Shown in pieces: positions 20,529 to 29,820 of a DNA stretch of 64,000 bases. The first letter of the stretch is position 1. Every line of letters begins with the position of its first letter. The notes below the pieces were generated by a model that was not told the origin of the DNA, ran no database searches, and was given only the letters and a program-made list of their open reading frames with translations. The translations under genes were made by a program, and so were the position numbers. Source of the stretch: a bacterium (GTDB lineage: Bacteria; Patescibacteriota; Saccharimonadia; Saccharimonadales; SZUA-47); the NCBI GenBank assembly GCA_009923445.1, contig RFTN01000001.1, positions 99,975 through 163,974 of the forward strand, given 5' to 3'.

Positions 20529-21269
20529 GTGAAACGTGTGACAATAATTGCTGCTTTAGTGCTCGTTATGTATCCTTTTTCTGTTTTTGCACAATCAAGC
20601 TCTACTAGCTATCAGGTGAACGAGTCTACTTTTAACAGCGGCGGTAACATAGATACGAATTCTGCAAGCTATAACGCTCGTGGTGGGGCAGGTGATTTAG
20701 GTGTCGGGGAATCGTCTAGCGTAAATTATGTAGCGTTTGGAGGGTCTATTACTCCCGATCAAGAATATCTCGAAATGGGCTTAACGAGTTCAAACGCTGA
20801 TTTAGGATTAATAACACCATCGACTACTGGAATAGGCGTAACTACATTTTATGTGCGAGCCTATACAAACGGAAGCTATGTTGTTAGGTCAACAAATCAG
20901 CCGCCAGTAAACGGTAGTTACGTCTGGAATGCTATGGCAACTGCTGGAGCTTCGATTGCGGGCACGGAGCAGTATGGCATAAATTTAACTGCAAATACGT
21001 CACCGACTAACAGTACGTACCCAGCTGGAGCAGGATCTAACCCTACGCAAACACCTAGTACTACATTTGCTAACGGCCAAGCAGCTACCGGTTATAACAC
21101 CCCTAACATTTACAAATATGTTGTCGGAGACACTATCGCCACGAGTGGCGGTGGTAGGGCATGGGGGCGAACAGATTACAGCCTGACGATTATTGCCAAT
21201 ATAGGAGGTTTAACTCCTGGTGGTGCCTTTTCTGTAGATCAAGATTTGGTCGTTGTGGCAACTTACTAA
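20529..21269 (+). CDS. Secreted beta-rich subunit-like protein (paralogue of 21454..22494)
   Basis: 246 aa, GTG start, signal peptide ending FSVFA-QS. It has a triple S.[SN]Y motif at the mature N-terminus, the shared motif QYGINLTAN, and a hydrophobic C-terminal strand LVVVATY. Confidence 0.65.
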   Translation: MKRVTIIAALVLVMYPFSVFAQSSSTSYQVNESTFNSGGNIDTNSASYNARGGAGDLGVGESSSVNYVAFGGSITPDQEYLEMGLTSSNADLGLITPSTTGIGVTTFYVRAYTNGSYVVRSTNQPPVNGSYVWNAMATAGASIAGTEQYGINLTANTSPTNSTYPAGAGSNPTQTPSTTFANGQAATGYNTPNIYKYVVGDTIATSGGGRAWGRTDYSLTIIANIGGLTPGGAFSVDQDLVVVATY

Positions 21270-21453
21270 AGTTCAAACTTTGTATGCAATAATGCAAAGT
21301 ATTATGCTTAACACATACATGTAATGTTGGGTAGGTCTGGAATTGTACGCAAAAAGCCTAAACAAGCCAATATAGTATTGCCTTAAATAGTGCAAACTCA
21401 CCCTATGTTTACGGCTAGTTATATGCTATTAAAACGCTTATACTAAGTTTATT

Positions 21454-22494
21454 GTGAAAAATAAAATACACCATATATTACGACCGTTAGTTGTCTTATT
21501 TTTGGTGCTTAGTACCGCCCGTGTAAGCGCTGTACCACCACGATTTACAGACAGATTTGTTAATAATTCTAGCAGTATTCCTTCGGCTCAAGTAACACAA
21601 ACAATAGGTTTTACAATGAATAGTTTTTCGACAGTAGGCTCTATACAAATGGAACAATGTACTAATTATCCCTTTATCGGAACTACGTGTACGCCACCGG
21701 CAGGTTTGTCACTTAGTTCAGTTGTGTTTGATTCTCAGACAGGAAACACGGGTTTTACCATTGATATTATAAATAGTACTTCAAATAAAATTATACTCAC
21801 AAGAGTTCCCTCGCCGGTAACCGCAGATCCAAACACTTACGTATTTACGTCTATAACAAACCCAAGCGCAAATAATCAAACGGTCTATATTAGAATCAGC
21901 GCGTATGCTTCTACCGACGCAACAGGTGACGTAGTAGAGTCAGGGGGTGTTGCTTATTCAACACAAGGTGCTTTTTCAGTAGGCGCTTTTGTGCCTCCGT
22001 TTTTGACGTTTTGTGCAGCGGTAACTGTAACTCAGAATTGTTCTGCAGTAACAGGTACATTTTTATCACTAGGAGAATTACTTTCAACGCAAACAAAGGC
22101 GGTTAGCTCACAGTTCTCGGGAGCGACAAATGATCCAAATGGTTTCTCGGTTTACATTTTAGGGCAAACCATGACGGCAGGTAATCAGGTGATTTCACAA
22201 ATAGATACCCCTACTGTTAGTCTTGTTGGCGTTAGTCAATTTGGTATTAACCTTAGGGCAAACACTAATCCGGCGATCGGTGCAAATTCTACGGGTAATG
22301 GTACTTCTGTAGTTAGTCCTAACTATAATGTTGCGAATCAGTTTGTTTTTAAAAATGGCGATAAGCTAACCAGTTCTTCTTTGTCGACAGAATTTAATCT
22401 GCAAACAGTGAGTTATATTGTAAATGTTTCTAAAAATCAAGCCCCCGGTTTTTATGCAACAACCGTAACTTATCTTGCAGTTGCCGCGTTTTAG
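21454..22494 (+). CDS. Secreted two-domain beta-rich subunit-like protein
   Basis: 346 aa, GTG start, signal peptide ending ARVSA-VP. Its C-terminal half aligns by eye with the previous gene (LSLGELL..., QFGINLRAN) and ends TYLAVAAF. Confidence 0.65.
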   Translation: MKNKIHHILRPLVVLFLVLSTARVSAVPPRFTDRFVNNSSSIPSAQVTQTIGFTMNSFSTVGSIQMEQCTNYPFIGTTCTPPAGLSLSSVVFDSQTGNTGFTIDIINSTSNKIILTRVPSPVTADPNTYVFTSITNPSANNQTVYIRISAYASTDATGDVVESGGVAYSTQGAFSVGAFVPPFLTFCAAVTVTQNCSAVTGTFLSLGELLSTQTKAVSSQFSGATNDPNGFSVYILGQTMTAGNQVISQIDTPTVSLVGVSQFGINLRANTNPAIGANSTGNGTSVVSPNYNVANQFVFKNGDKLTSSSLSTEFNLQTVSYIVNVSKNQAPGFYATTVTYLAVAAF

Positions 22495-22577
22495 CTTTAA
22501 TACTTTTGCCTAAACTCAAGTGTTTCGCTATACTTTACGTAAGTCACTTCAAAAGTACATTCAAGGAGGCTTAATTA

Positions 22578-23555
22578 GTGAAGTTATCTTATTTTAAAAA
22601 AGTAATGGCGGGAGTACTTGCGCTTGTTGTTTTATGTATACCGACCTCGTCAGTTTATGCACAAAAGAGTGCAGGAAGTGGTCTTAGTATATCGCCCACT
22701 AGAAACGAACTTACTATAAAGCCTGGTTCTGCCGGGACAATATCAATAACTCTAAAAAACGTTACTAGGTTTTCGCTCACAGCTAAAGCGTTAATTAATG
22801 ATTTCGAAGCAGATACTATTAATCAAACAGGAGAGCCGCGCCTTATCACAGATACTACAAAGCGTAGCGCTGCTTCTGTAAAAGAGTTTATTCCAGACTT
22901 AAAAGATGTTGAATTAGCTCCAGATCAAGAAAAAGAAGTTAGTATTCCAGTACAATTACCTGCGAAAGCTGCACCAGGCGCTTACTATGGTGTTATTCGT
23001 TACCAGGCAGTGCCCAAAGCAAGCGACGAACAGGGCTCTAGTCAGGTGGCGCTTACAGCAAGTGTGGGCTCATTGGTGTTAATAGAAGTACCGGGTAATA
23101 TTACTGAAAAAATTCAAATTGAGAACATCAAAGTGTTTATAGGTGAAAAAGCTGGCACTCTTTTTACTAAAAAACCAACACAAGTAGGTATACAAATCAA
23201 AAATTTAGGAAATAGTTTTTCGAAACCTTTCGGCCAAGTTCAGGTTTTTGATATTAGAGGCAAACAAGTCTATGCCTACGAGCTCAATAACACTACTCCT
23301 AGAGCTAACATTTTACCTTCAAGTAGTCGTATTTTTAAAGATGAACTCAAGGGGGTAAATGCCCCAGGACGCTATAAGGTTACAGCTAACATATCTTTCG
23401 GGCGTGGTGGTGAAATTCTTAACTACACCTCGACATTTTGGTACATTCCATTTTGGTTGTTAATAATAGCTGCTGCAGTAATCTTACTACTCATCGGAAG
23501 CGCTTTCTACTTGTTCAGAAGGTATAACAGCCAAGCCGTTTCTAGGCGCAAGTAG
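22578..23555 (+). CDS. Membrane-anchored tandem Ig-like protein (PapD-chaperone/DUF916-DUF3324-like)
   Basis: 325 aa, GTG start after AAGGAGG, with a signal peptide. It has two beta-sandwich-like halves (LSISPTRNELTIKPGSAGTISITLKN; QVGIQIKNLGN...ILPSSSR...APGRYKV) and a C-terminal TM followed by a basic tail. Confidence 0.65.
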   Translation: MKLSYFKKVMAGVLALVVLCIPTSSVYAQKSAGSGLSISPTRNELTIKPGSAGTISITLKNVTRFSLTAKALINDFEADTINQTGEPRLITDTTKRSAASVKEFIPDLKDVELAPDQEKEVSIPVQLPAKAAPGAYYGVIRYQAVPKASDEQGSSQVALTASVGSLVLIEVPGNITEKIQIENIKVFIGEKAGTLFTKKPTQVGIQIKNLGNSFSKPFGQVQVFDIRGKQVYAYELNNTTPRANILPSSSRIFKDELKGVNAPGRYKVTANISFGRGGEILNYTSTFWYIPFWLLIIAAAVILLLIGSAFYLFRRYNSQAVSRRK

Positions 23556-23647
23556 CGTTTCAATCTAACTTTTATTGTTATAGCGGTACTACAGGTTTGT
23601 TTATTATAGTAATTGTTTGTACTATTAAACTATAAACATAAGCAAAA

Positions 23648-24529
23648 ATGAAATATTTACGAACCATCATTCCCTTCTTGACAACATTACTTTTAATAGT
23701 ATCTTTTTCTGGTAGTGTGTATGCTGCTACAAGTACTGATTCGGTAGGTCTTACCGGCACTATTAGCGCCGCTCCACCAACAACAGGCGCAACAATAACC
23801 TTTCCAAATAATAACCAAGTTTTTACTGAGGTACCCATAAGGGCTGCCGGACTTTGCCCAGGTACAGTGCTTGTAAAAATGTTTAAAAATAATGTATTTG
23901 CAGGATCTGTACAGTGTACGAATGGTAGTTATAGTATTCAAATCGACTTATTTAGCGGAGCGAACGAACTTGTCGCGCGTGTGTATGATGATCTTGACCA
24001 AGCTGGACCAGATTCAAACATTGTCAACGTAAGCTTTAACGATACTAAAACTGGTTCTAAGAACAGAGTTACGCTAACTAGTAATTTTGCAAAGCGCGGT
24101 GCCTTTCCGGGTGAGACACTTACTTGGCCTTTAGTTATTAGCGGCGGTAGTGGTCCATATGCAGTAAGCATCGATTGGGGTGACGGAACGGCGGCTGATT
24201 TATCTAGTCAACCTTTTCCGGGTGCATTTAATATAAAACATATTTATAAAGACGCCGGTATCTACAACATTATTATTAAAGTTGTAGATACAGATGGTAG
24301 TTCTGCATATTTACAATTAGTAGGTGTCGGTAACGGTCCGCTTAGCCAAACAAATACTACTACGGGAAAGTCCGCTTCACAGCCGGTATCTAGTGTAAAT
24401 ACTAAAATTGTTTGGCAACCAGCTTTAATTATTTTTCCATTTATTATTTCGACATTTTGGCTTGGTAAAAGATATGAACTGAGTATGCTCAAACGAAAAA
24501 TTAACCGTGGCGAGCACCCATTTTCTTAA
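23648..24529 (+). CDS. Exported Ig-like plus PKD-domain protein with C-terminal TM anchor
   Basis: 293 aa with a signal peptide. PKD signature ISGGSGPYAVSIDWGDGT...HIYKDAGIYNIIIKVVDTDG, then a C-terminal TM. Confidence 0.75.
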   Translation: MKYLRTIIPFLTTLLLIVSFSGSVYAATSTDSVGLTGTISAAPPTTGATITFPNNNQVFTEVPIRAAGLCPGTVLVKMFKNNVFAGSVQCTNGSYSIQIDLFSGANELVARVYDDLDQAGPDSNIVNVSFNDTKTGSKNRVTLTSNFAKRGAFPGETLTWPLVISGGSGPYAVSIDWGDGTAADLSSQPFPGAFNIKHIYKDAGIYNIIIKVVDTDGSSAYLQLVGVGNGPLSQTNTTTGKSASQPVSSVNTKIVWQPALIIFPFIISTFWLGKRYELSMLKRKINRGEHPFS

Positions 24530-24582
24530 TTAGTAGTGCCTTATTCGACATATCATTATATACGTTGTATAATAAGTAACTT

Positions 24583-25635
24583 ATGGCAGCTAAAAAGACA
24601 GTTTATGTAGGCTTAAGTGGCGGAGTAGATAGCTCTGTTAGTGCAGCACTACTTAAAGAGCAGGGCTATAACGTTGTGGGTGTATATATGAAAAACTGGT
24701 CCAAGGACCTGCCGGGCTACCCATGTCCCTGGAAGGATGATTACCAAGACGCAAAGCGAGTAGCCGTACAACTAGGTATAGAGTTTAAAATGTTCGACTT
24801 CGAAAAAGAGTATTTTACCAGTGTTGTGCAGTACATGCTTGACGGCTTTGAGGCTGGCATAACCCCAAACCCCGACATTATGTGTAACCAAGAAGTTAAA
24901 TTTAAGCTGTATTTAAAAGCCGCACTGCAGCAAGGAGCAGACTACGTGGCAACAGGGCACTATGCTAACTCTAGAGACGGTCATTTGTTTGCTGCGACAG
25001 ACACCAATAAAGACCAAACATACTTTTTGTACCGCATGACAAACGACGCGTTGACCAAAACATTATTTCCACTAGCAGGCTACACAAAACCGCAGGTTCG
25101 GGAGCTTGCCAAAAAGTTTAAGCTTGTCACCGCAACTAAAAAAGAAAGCATGGGAATTTGTTTTGTTGGTAAGGTAGGTATTAAAGAGTTTTTGCAGCAG
25201 TTTTTACCACCGCAAAAGCCGGGTGCTATTGTAGATCAAAATGGTGTAACTGTTGGCCAACACGACGGTGCTATATACTACACTATTGGCCAGCGCCACG
25301 GTCTGAACGTTGGTGGTGGGTTGCCATATTACGTAACAAGTAAAGACATGGCTAAAAATGAGGTGTACGTTACCAGTGATATTCAAGATGAAAAGCTATG
25401 GAGTAGTACTATTACCATTACGAGTCCTCATTGGTTACGGCAACCTGTGCCTACTAAAGAATTAGTCGTGCGCACGCGGCACAGGGGTCCATTGACAGAA
25501 GTTACGGGTATAGAAAAGGTTAAAAATAATTGCTATACGCTACACCTGAGCGAGCCTTTGCGCGCGCTCACTCCTGGGCAGTCGGCGGTGTTGTACCACA
25601 AAAATGAGTGTATTGGCGGCGGCATCATTTGCTAA
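24583..25635 (+). CDS. mnmA: tRNA 2-thiouridine(34) synthase
   Basis: 350 aa. PP-loop GLSGGVDSSV, with conserved ATGHYA and CFV regions. Confidence 0.95.
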   Translation: MAAKKTVYVGLSGGVDSSVSAALLKEQGYNVVGVYMKNWSKDLPGYPCPWKDDYQDAKRVAVQLGIEFKMFDFEKEYFTSVVQYMLDGFEAGITPNPDIMCNQEVKFKLYLKAALQQGADYVATGHYANSRDGHLFAATDTNKDQTYFLYRMTNDALTKTLFPLAGYTKPQVRELAKKFKLVTATKKESMGICFVGKVGIKEFLQQFLPPQKPGAIVDQNGVTVGQHDGAIYYTIGQRHGLNVGGGLPYYVTSKDMAKNEVYVTSDIQDEKLWSSTITITSPHWLRQPVPTKELVVRTRHRGPLTEVTGIEKVKNNCYTLHLSEPLRALTPGQSAVLYHKNECIGGGIIC

Positions 25636-25748
25636 GATTTGTTTACTATTTTGCATAAACAAGACTGAGTGTTTAAAGCAAAAAACAACTATTCTACCCA
25701 CGCCTCATAGCAGCTGTACCGAATTAACAGATATGCTAAACTGTTATT

Positions 25749-26288
25749 ATGCCCAATGTAGCTATGCAAAAAAAACTTCCAAACTTTGCTTTTATAGACA
25801 GTCAAAACTTAAACCTTGGCATTAAGTCTCTTGGCTGGCAGTTAGATTGGCGTAAGTTTAGGCTCTATTTAACAAATAAATACCACATAGAAGTAGCGTA
25901 CTTGTTTATTGGTATGATGCCAGGCAACGAAGCGCTTTATGATAGTTTGCAGGCCAGTGGGTATAGGTTGATTTTTAAACCGACTACCGAATATAGTATT
26001 GACGGCAAGGTTGCAGTAAAGGGTAATGTCGATGCTGAAATGGTTTTGTATGCCGCTGCAAAAGTAATCAATGATTATGACAAAGCGTTGATTATTAGTG
26101 GTGACGGTGATTTTGCTTGTTTAATCGAGTATCTTGAAGAAAAGAAAAAGCTTTTGCACCTAGTTGTACCAAATGATAGATACTCTAAATTGTTAGGTCG
26201 CTTTACAAAAAAAATAGTTAGAATGAGCCAGCTAAAGCGGAATGTAGAGTACAAAAAAACCAAGAGTAGCGGTCGGTCGAAACCTTAG
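25749..26288 (+). CDS. NYN domain (LabA/DUF88-like) putative ribonuclease
   Basis: 179 aa. Contains AFIDSQNL, NVDAEMVL and ISGDGDFACLIEYL, the characteristic acidic motifs. Confidence 0.75.
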   Translation: MPNVAMQKKLPNFAFIDSQNLNLGIKSLGWQLDWRKFRLYLTNKYHIEVAYLFIGMMPGNEALYDSLQASGYRLIFKPTTEYSIDGKVAVKGNVDAEMVLYAAAKVINDYDKALIISGDGDFACLIEYLEEKKKLLHLVVPNDRYSKLLGRFTKKIVRMSQLKRNVEYKKTKSSGRSKP

Positions 26289-26351
26289 GCCTGCTTGGTT
26301 ATGGTGATACGCAAATAGTAGCAAGAATATACAAGAAAGTCAATATAACAC

Positions 26352-28235
26352 ATGAATGCACAAGATATACGCAACAAATACTTAGAATTTTTTACCTCGA
26401 AGAAACATACCGTTATCCCGCGCGCATTAATGGTACCTTATAACGAGCCAAGCGTACTGTTTACTGGCAGTGGTATGCAGCCGCTTGTGCCGTATTTGTT
26501 GGGCGAAAAACACCCAGCAGGAACACGCTTAGTAGACAGTCAAACCTGCTTACGGGCACAAGACATTGACGACGTAGGCGACAACCGCCATACGACGTTT
26601 TTTGAAATGCTTGGCAACTGGAGTTTGGGTGATTATTTTAAAGCCGAGCAAATAGCTTGGTTTTTTGAATTTTTGACCGATGTTGTTGGCATTGACCCCA
26701 GTAAACTGTACGTTACTTGCTGCAGTGGCTTTGCCGAATACGGTGTGCCCAAAGATACCGAAAGTGCAGCCATTTGGAGTAAGTTATTTGATGGCAAGGG
26801 CATATCAACAAAAGAAGTTGAAATAGGGTCTGAGCAAAATGGCTATAAGCTTGGTGAGCAAGGCGGGCGAATATTTTATTATGACGAAAAAAACTGGTGG
26901 AGCCGAAATGGCGCCCCTAAAGACGTAAAAATCGGCGAGCCTTGCGGGCCTGACAGTGAAGTTTTTTACCTGTTTGACGGCGTGCAACACGACACTAAAT
27001 GGGGCGAACATTGCCACCCAAACTGTGATTGTGGTCGCTATATGGAAATAGGCAACAATGTATTTATGGAATACTTGCGCACCGAGAAGGGTTTTGAAAA
27101 ACTGCCAAAGCAAAACGTAGATTTTGGTGCCGGTTTGGAGCGTATTGCTGCAGCAGCAATAAACAGCCCTGATATGTTCAAAATTAGTGTGTTATGGCCC
27201 ATTATTGAAAAACTGCAAAAACTAAGCAAAAAATCATACGAAGACCATACAGAGAGTATGCGCGTTATAGCCGATCACTTGCGTGCGGCAACCTTTTTGG
27301 CGGTTGATGGCGTTGTGCCAAGCAATAAAGAACAAGGCTATGTTATGCGCCGCCTCATGCGTCGTGCGATTAGGTTTGCGTTTGACCTTGGTATTGACCA
27401 AAACTTCTGCCAAGAGGTTGTTCCGGTTATTGCCGACTTGTATCACAACGACTACCCGGAAGTTGCACAGAACCGCGAAAAAGTTATAGAAGTGTTAGTC
27501 AAAGAAGAAAAGGTGTTTAGACAAACATTGCGTAAGGGTATACAGCAACTAGCTAAGTTTGCTGATGGTGGTCTGACGGGCCAAGAAGTATTTACGCTAT
27601 ACGATACGTACGGATTCCCACTTGAACTAAGTGTAGAAGAAGCCAAATCGCAAGGTATACAGGTTAGCGCTAACTGGCAGCAAGAATTCGATGATTTAAT
27701 GAAAGCTCAGCGCGAGCGCAGTCAAACGGCTACTAAAGGTGCTTTTAAGGGCGGTCTGGGCGGTCACACTTTGCAGCACAAAAAGTACCATACGGCGACA
27801 CACTTAATGTATCAGGCGCTGCGCGATGTTTTGGGTGACCACGTGGTACAAAATGGCAGCAATATTACTGAAGAACGCCTACGTTTTGACTTTACTCATG
27901 ACCAAAAAGTGACTCCCGAGCAAATTAAGCAAGTTGAAGATATTGTGAACGATCAAATTAGCAAAGATTTAAAAGTGAGTTTTGCCGAATACCCAACCAA
28001 GCAAGCCCGCGAAGAAATGGGTGCCTTAGGCCAGTTTGGTGACCGCTACGGCGACACAGTTAAGGTATACAAAATGATAGCCGACGGTGCCGACAAGCCA
28101 TTTAGTTTTGAAATTTGCGGTGGACCACATGTTGACCATACGCTACAATTGTTCGAAGACAATAGAAGGTTCAAAATACTAAAAGAGGAAGCAAGCAGTG
28201 CCGGCATACGGCGTATAAAGGCAGCTTTACAGTAA
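26352..28235 (+). CDS. alaS: Alanine--tRNA ligase, short form
   Basis: 627 aa. Catalytic core (HTTFFEMLGNWSLGDYFK) and editing-domain motifs (HTATHLMYQALR, CGGPHV) are present. The protein ends soon after the editing domain. Confidence 0.95.
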   Translation: MNAQDIRNKYLEFFTSKKHTVIPRALMVPYNEPSVLFTGSGMQPLVPYLLGEKHPAGTRLVDSQTCLRAQDIDDVGDNRHTTFFEMLGNWSLGDYFKAEQIAWFFEFLTDVVGIDPSKLYVTCCSGFAEYGVPKDTESAAIWSKLFDGKGISTKEVEIGSEQNGYKLGEQGGRIFYYDEKNWWSRNGAPKDVKIGEPCGPDSEVFYLFDGVQHDTKWGEHCHPNCDCGRYMEIGNNVFMEYLRTEKGFEKLPKQNVDFGAGLERIAAAAINSPDMFKISVLWPIIEKLQKLSKKSYEDHTESMRVIADHLRAATFLAVDGVVPSNKEQGYVMRRLMRRAIRFAFDLGIDQNFCQEVVPVIADLYHNDYPEVAQNREKVIEVLVKEEKVFRQTLRKGIQQLAKFADGGLTGQEVFTLYDTYGFPLELSVEEAKSQGIQVSANWQQEFDDLMKAQRERSQTATKGAFKGGLGGHTLQHKKYHTATHLMYQALRDVLGDHVVQNGSNITEERLRFDFTHDQKVTPEQIKQVEDIVNDQISKDLKVSFAEYPTKQAREEMGALGQFGDRYGDTVKVYKMIADGADKPFSFEICGGPHVDHTLQLFEDNRRFKILKEEASSAGIRRIKAALQ

Positions 28236-28238
28236 TAA

Positions 28239-28454
28239 ATGGATATACGACAAAACGACAGACAAGTAGAAGTAGTTTTTAACGGCGAAACCGAAGCTCA
28301 AATAAGAAGAACTTGTTTAGCGATTGGTATATTATGTGTCGACGAAAAATCAGTACATTTTAATGCTGAAACTAAACATCTAAGTGCGACTTTAGCGGCA
28401 GACGCAGCACGTGTGAGTGTGATCGGATTTTTAGCCAGCGCATTAGAATCATAA
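28239..28454 (+). CDS. Hypothetical small protein
   Basis: 71-aa ORF starting 3 nt after the alaS stop; no motif recognised. Confidence 0.4.
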   Translation: MDIRQNDRQVEVVFNGETEAQIRRTCLAIGILCVDEKSVHFNAETKHLSATLAADAARVSVIGFLASALES

Positions 28455-28510
28455 AACGACCACCCACAGTAGACACGCCATCTGTTTAGCATGGTATACT
28501 ACTAGGTAAC

Positions 28511-29818
28511 ATGATAAGTCGTATTAAGGGTACTAGTAAAAAAGTTTTTACTAGAGTAAAAAGCGTCAAATTGCCGGTTGCGTTAGCCGAAAGTTACGTC
28601 GTAGCACTCGATATTGGTACAGAAAATGTTAAAGCATTAATTGGCCGAGTACTACGCAACGGCACAATAGAAATCGTAGGTGTGGGCAAGGCCCATCAAT
28701 CAATTACAGATATGCAAGCAGGTGCCATAGCAGACATAGCCGCAGTTACAACAAATTGCGATACTGCACTGGCCGAAGCAGAAGACCAAGCCGGCATGAG
28801 TGGCACGCGCGTCGTAATTGGCATAGCGGGCGAGCTTGTAAAAGGCTCAACCTCTACAATAAGAATTCACCGAAAAGACCATCAAAAACCCATTGACGAC
28901 ACGGAGTTTTCTAAAATTATTCGCTTAGTTCAGTCGCGAGCTCAACAACAAGCTAAACAAGAGCTTAGTACAGAGCTGGGTGGTAAAGACGTAGAGGTAC
29001 GAATGGTAAACAGCGCATTAGTGCGCATACTTATAGACGGTTATGAAATAACAAACCCAATTGGCTTTCAGGGCAAAGAAGTCAGTGTTCAGCTTTATAC
29101 TGCATTCGCACCTATGATTCATATTGGAGCACTGGAGCGTGTCGCCGAAATGCTAGACCTTGACTTGTTAGCTGTGGCTGCAGAGCCATTTGCAGTGTCA
29201 CGTGCAGTACTTGGCAATGACGACCATAACAAAACTAACGCTATACTTATGGATGTCGGCGGCGGCACAACAGACTTAGCGGTTGTTAGCGAGGGTGGAG
29301 TTATGGGTACTAAAATGTTTGGCATTGGTGGCAGGGCATTTTCACGCTCAATAGAACGGCAGCTGGATGTTACGTATTTGCAAGCAGAGGCAATAAAACT
29401 TGGGCTAACAGACGGCCGTGTACCTAAGCAAAAGATTGCAGAAGTTGAGGCAGCACTACATTCTACGCTTGAGGTATGGACCAACGGTGTGCAAATTGCA
29501 CTCGAAGAATTTACTTTAGAAACACTTCCGCACCGCATGTTGTTATGTGGCGGTGGGTCTTCGCTTGCTATGCTTGTTGATACGCTGCAAGAATCAAAAT
29601 GGTATAGCGATCTTCCATTCACTAAAAAACCATACATACACCACATACAGCCAAATGAAGTTTCGGCCATAACAGATACAACAGATACAATCACCGACCA
29701 CACTTTTATTACTGCCATGGGTTTGTTGCGCGTTGGCGCAGATACGCTAACAACAAACAATATGAGTGGAAGTGGTAAATCTATAAAAGATAAAGTCAAC
29801 AAATTATTAAAGGTATAA
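28511..29818 (+). CDS. ftsA: Actin-like ATPase, FtsA family
   Basis: 435 aa. Phosphate-1 motif ALDIGTENVKAL, phosphate-2 motif DVGGGTTDLAVV and LCGGGS are present. Confidence 0.75.
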   Translation: MISRIKGTSKKVFTRVKSVKLPVALAESYVVALDIGTENVKALIGRVLRNGTIEIVGVGKAHQSITDMQAGAIADIAAVTTNCDTALAEAEDQAGMSGTRVVIGIAGELVKGSTSTIRIHRKDHQKPIDDTEFSKIIRLVQSRAQQQAKQELSTELGGKDVEVRMVNSALVRILIDGYEITNPIGFQGKEVSVQLYTAFAPMIHIGALERVAEMLDLDLLAVAAEPFAVSRAVLGNDDHNKTNAILMDVGGGTTDLAVVSEGGVMGTKMFGIGGRAFSRSIERQLDVTYLQAEAIKLGLTDGRVPKQKIAEVEAALHSTLEVWTNGVQIALEEFTLETLPHRMLLCGGGSSLAMLVDTLQESKWYSDLPFTKKPYIHHIQPNEVSAITDTTDTITDHTFITAMGLLRVGADTLTTNNMSGSGKSIKDKVNKLLKV

Positions 29819-29820
29819 CC

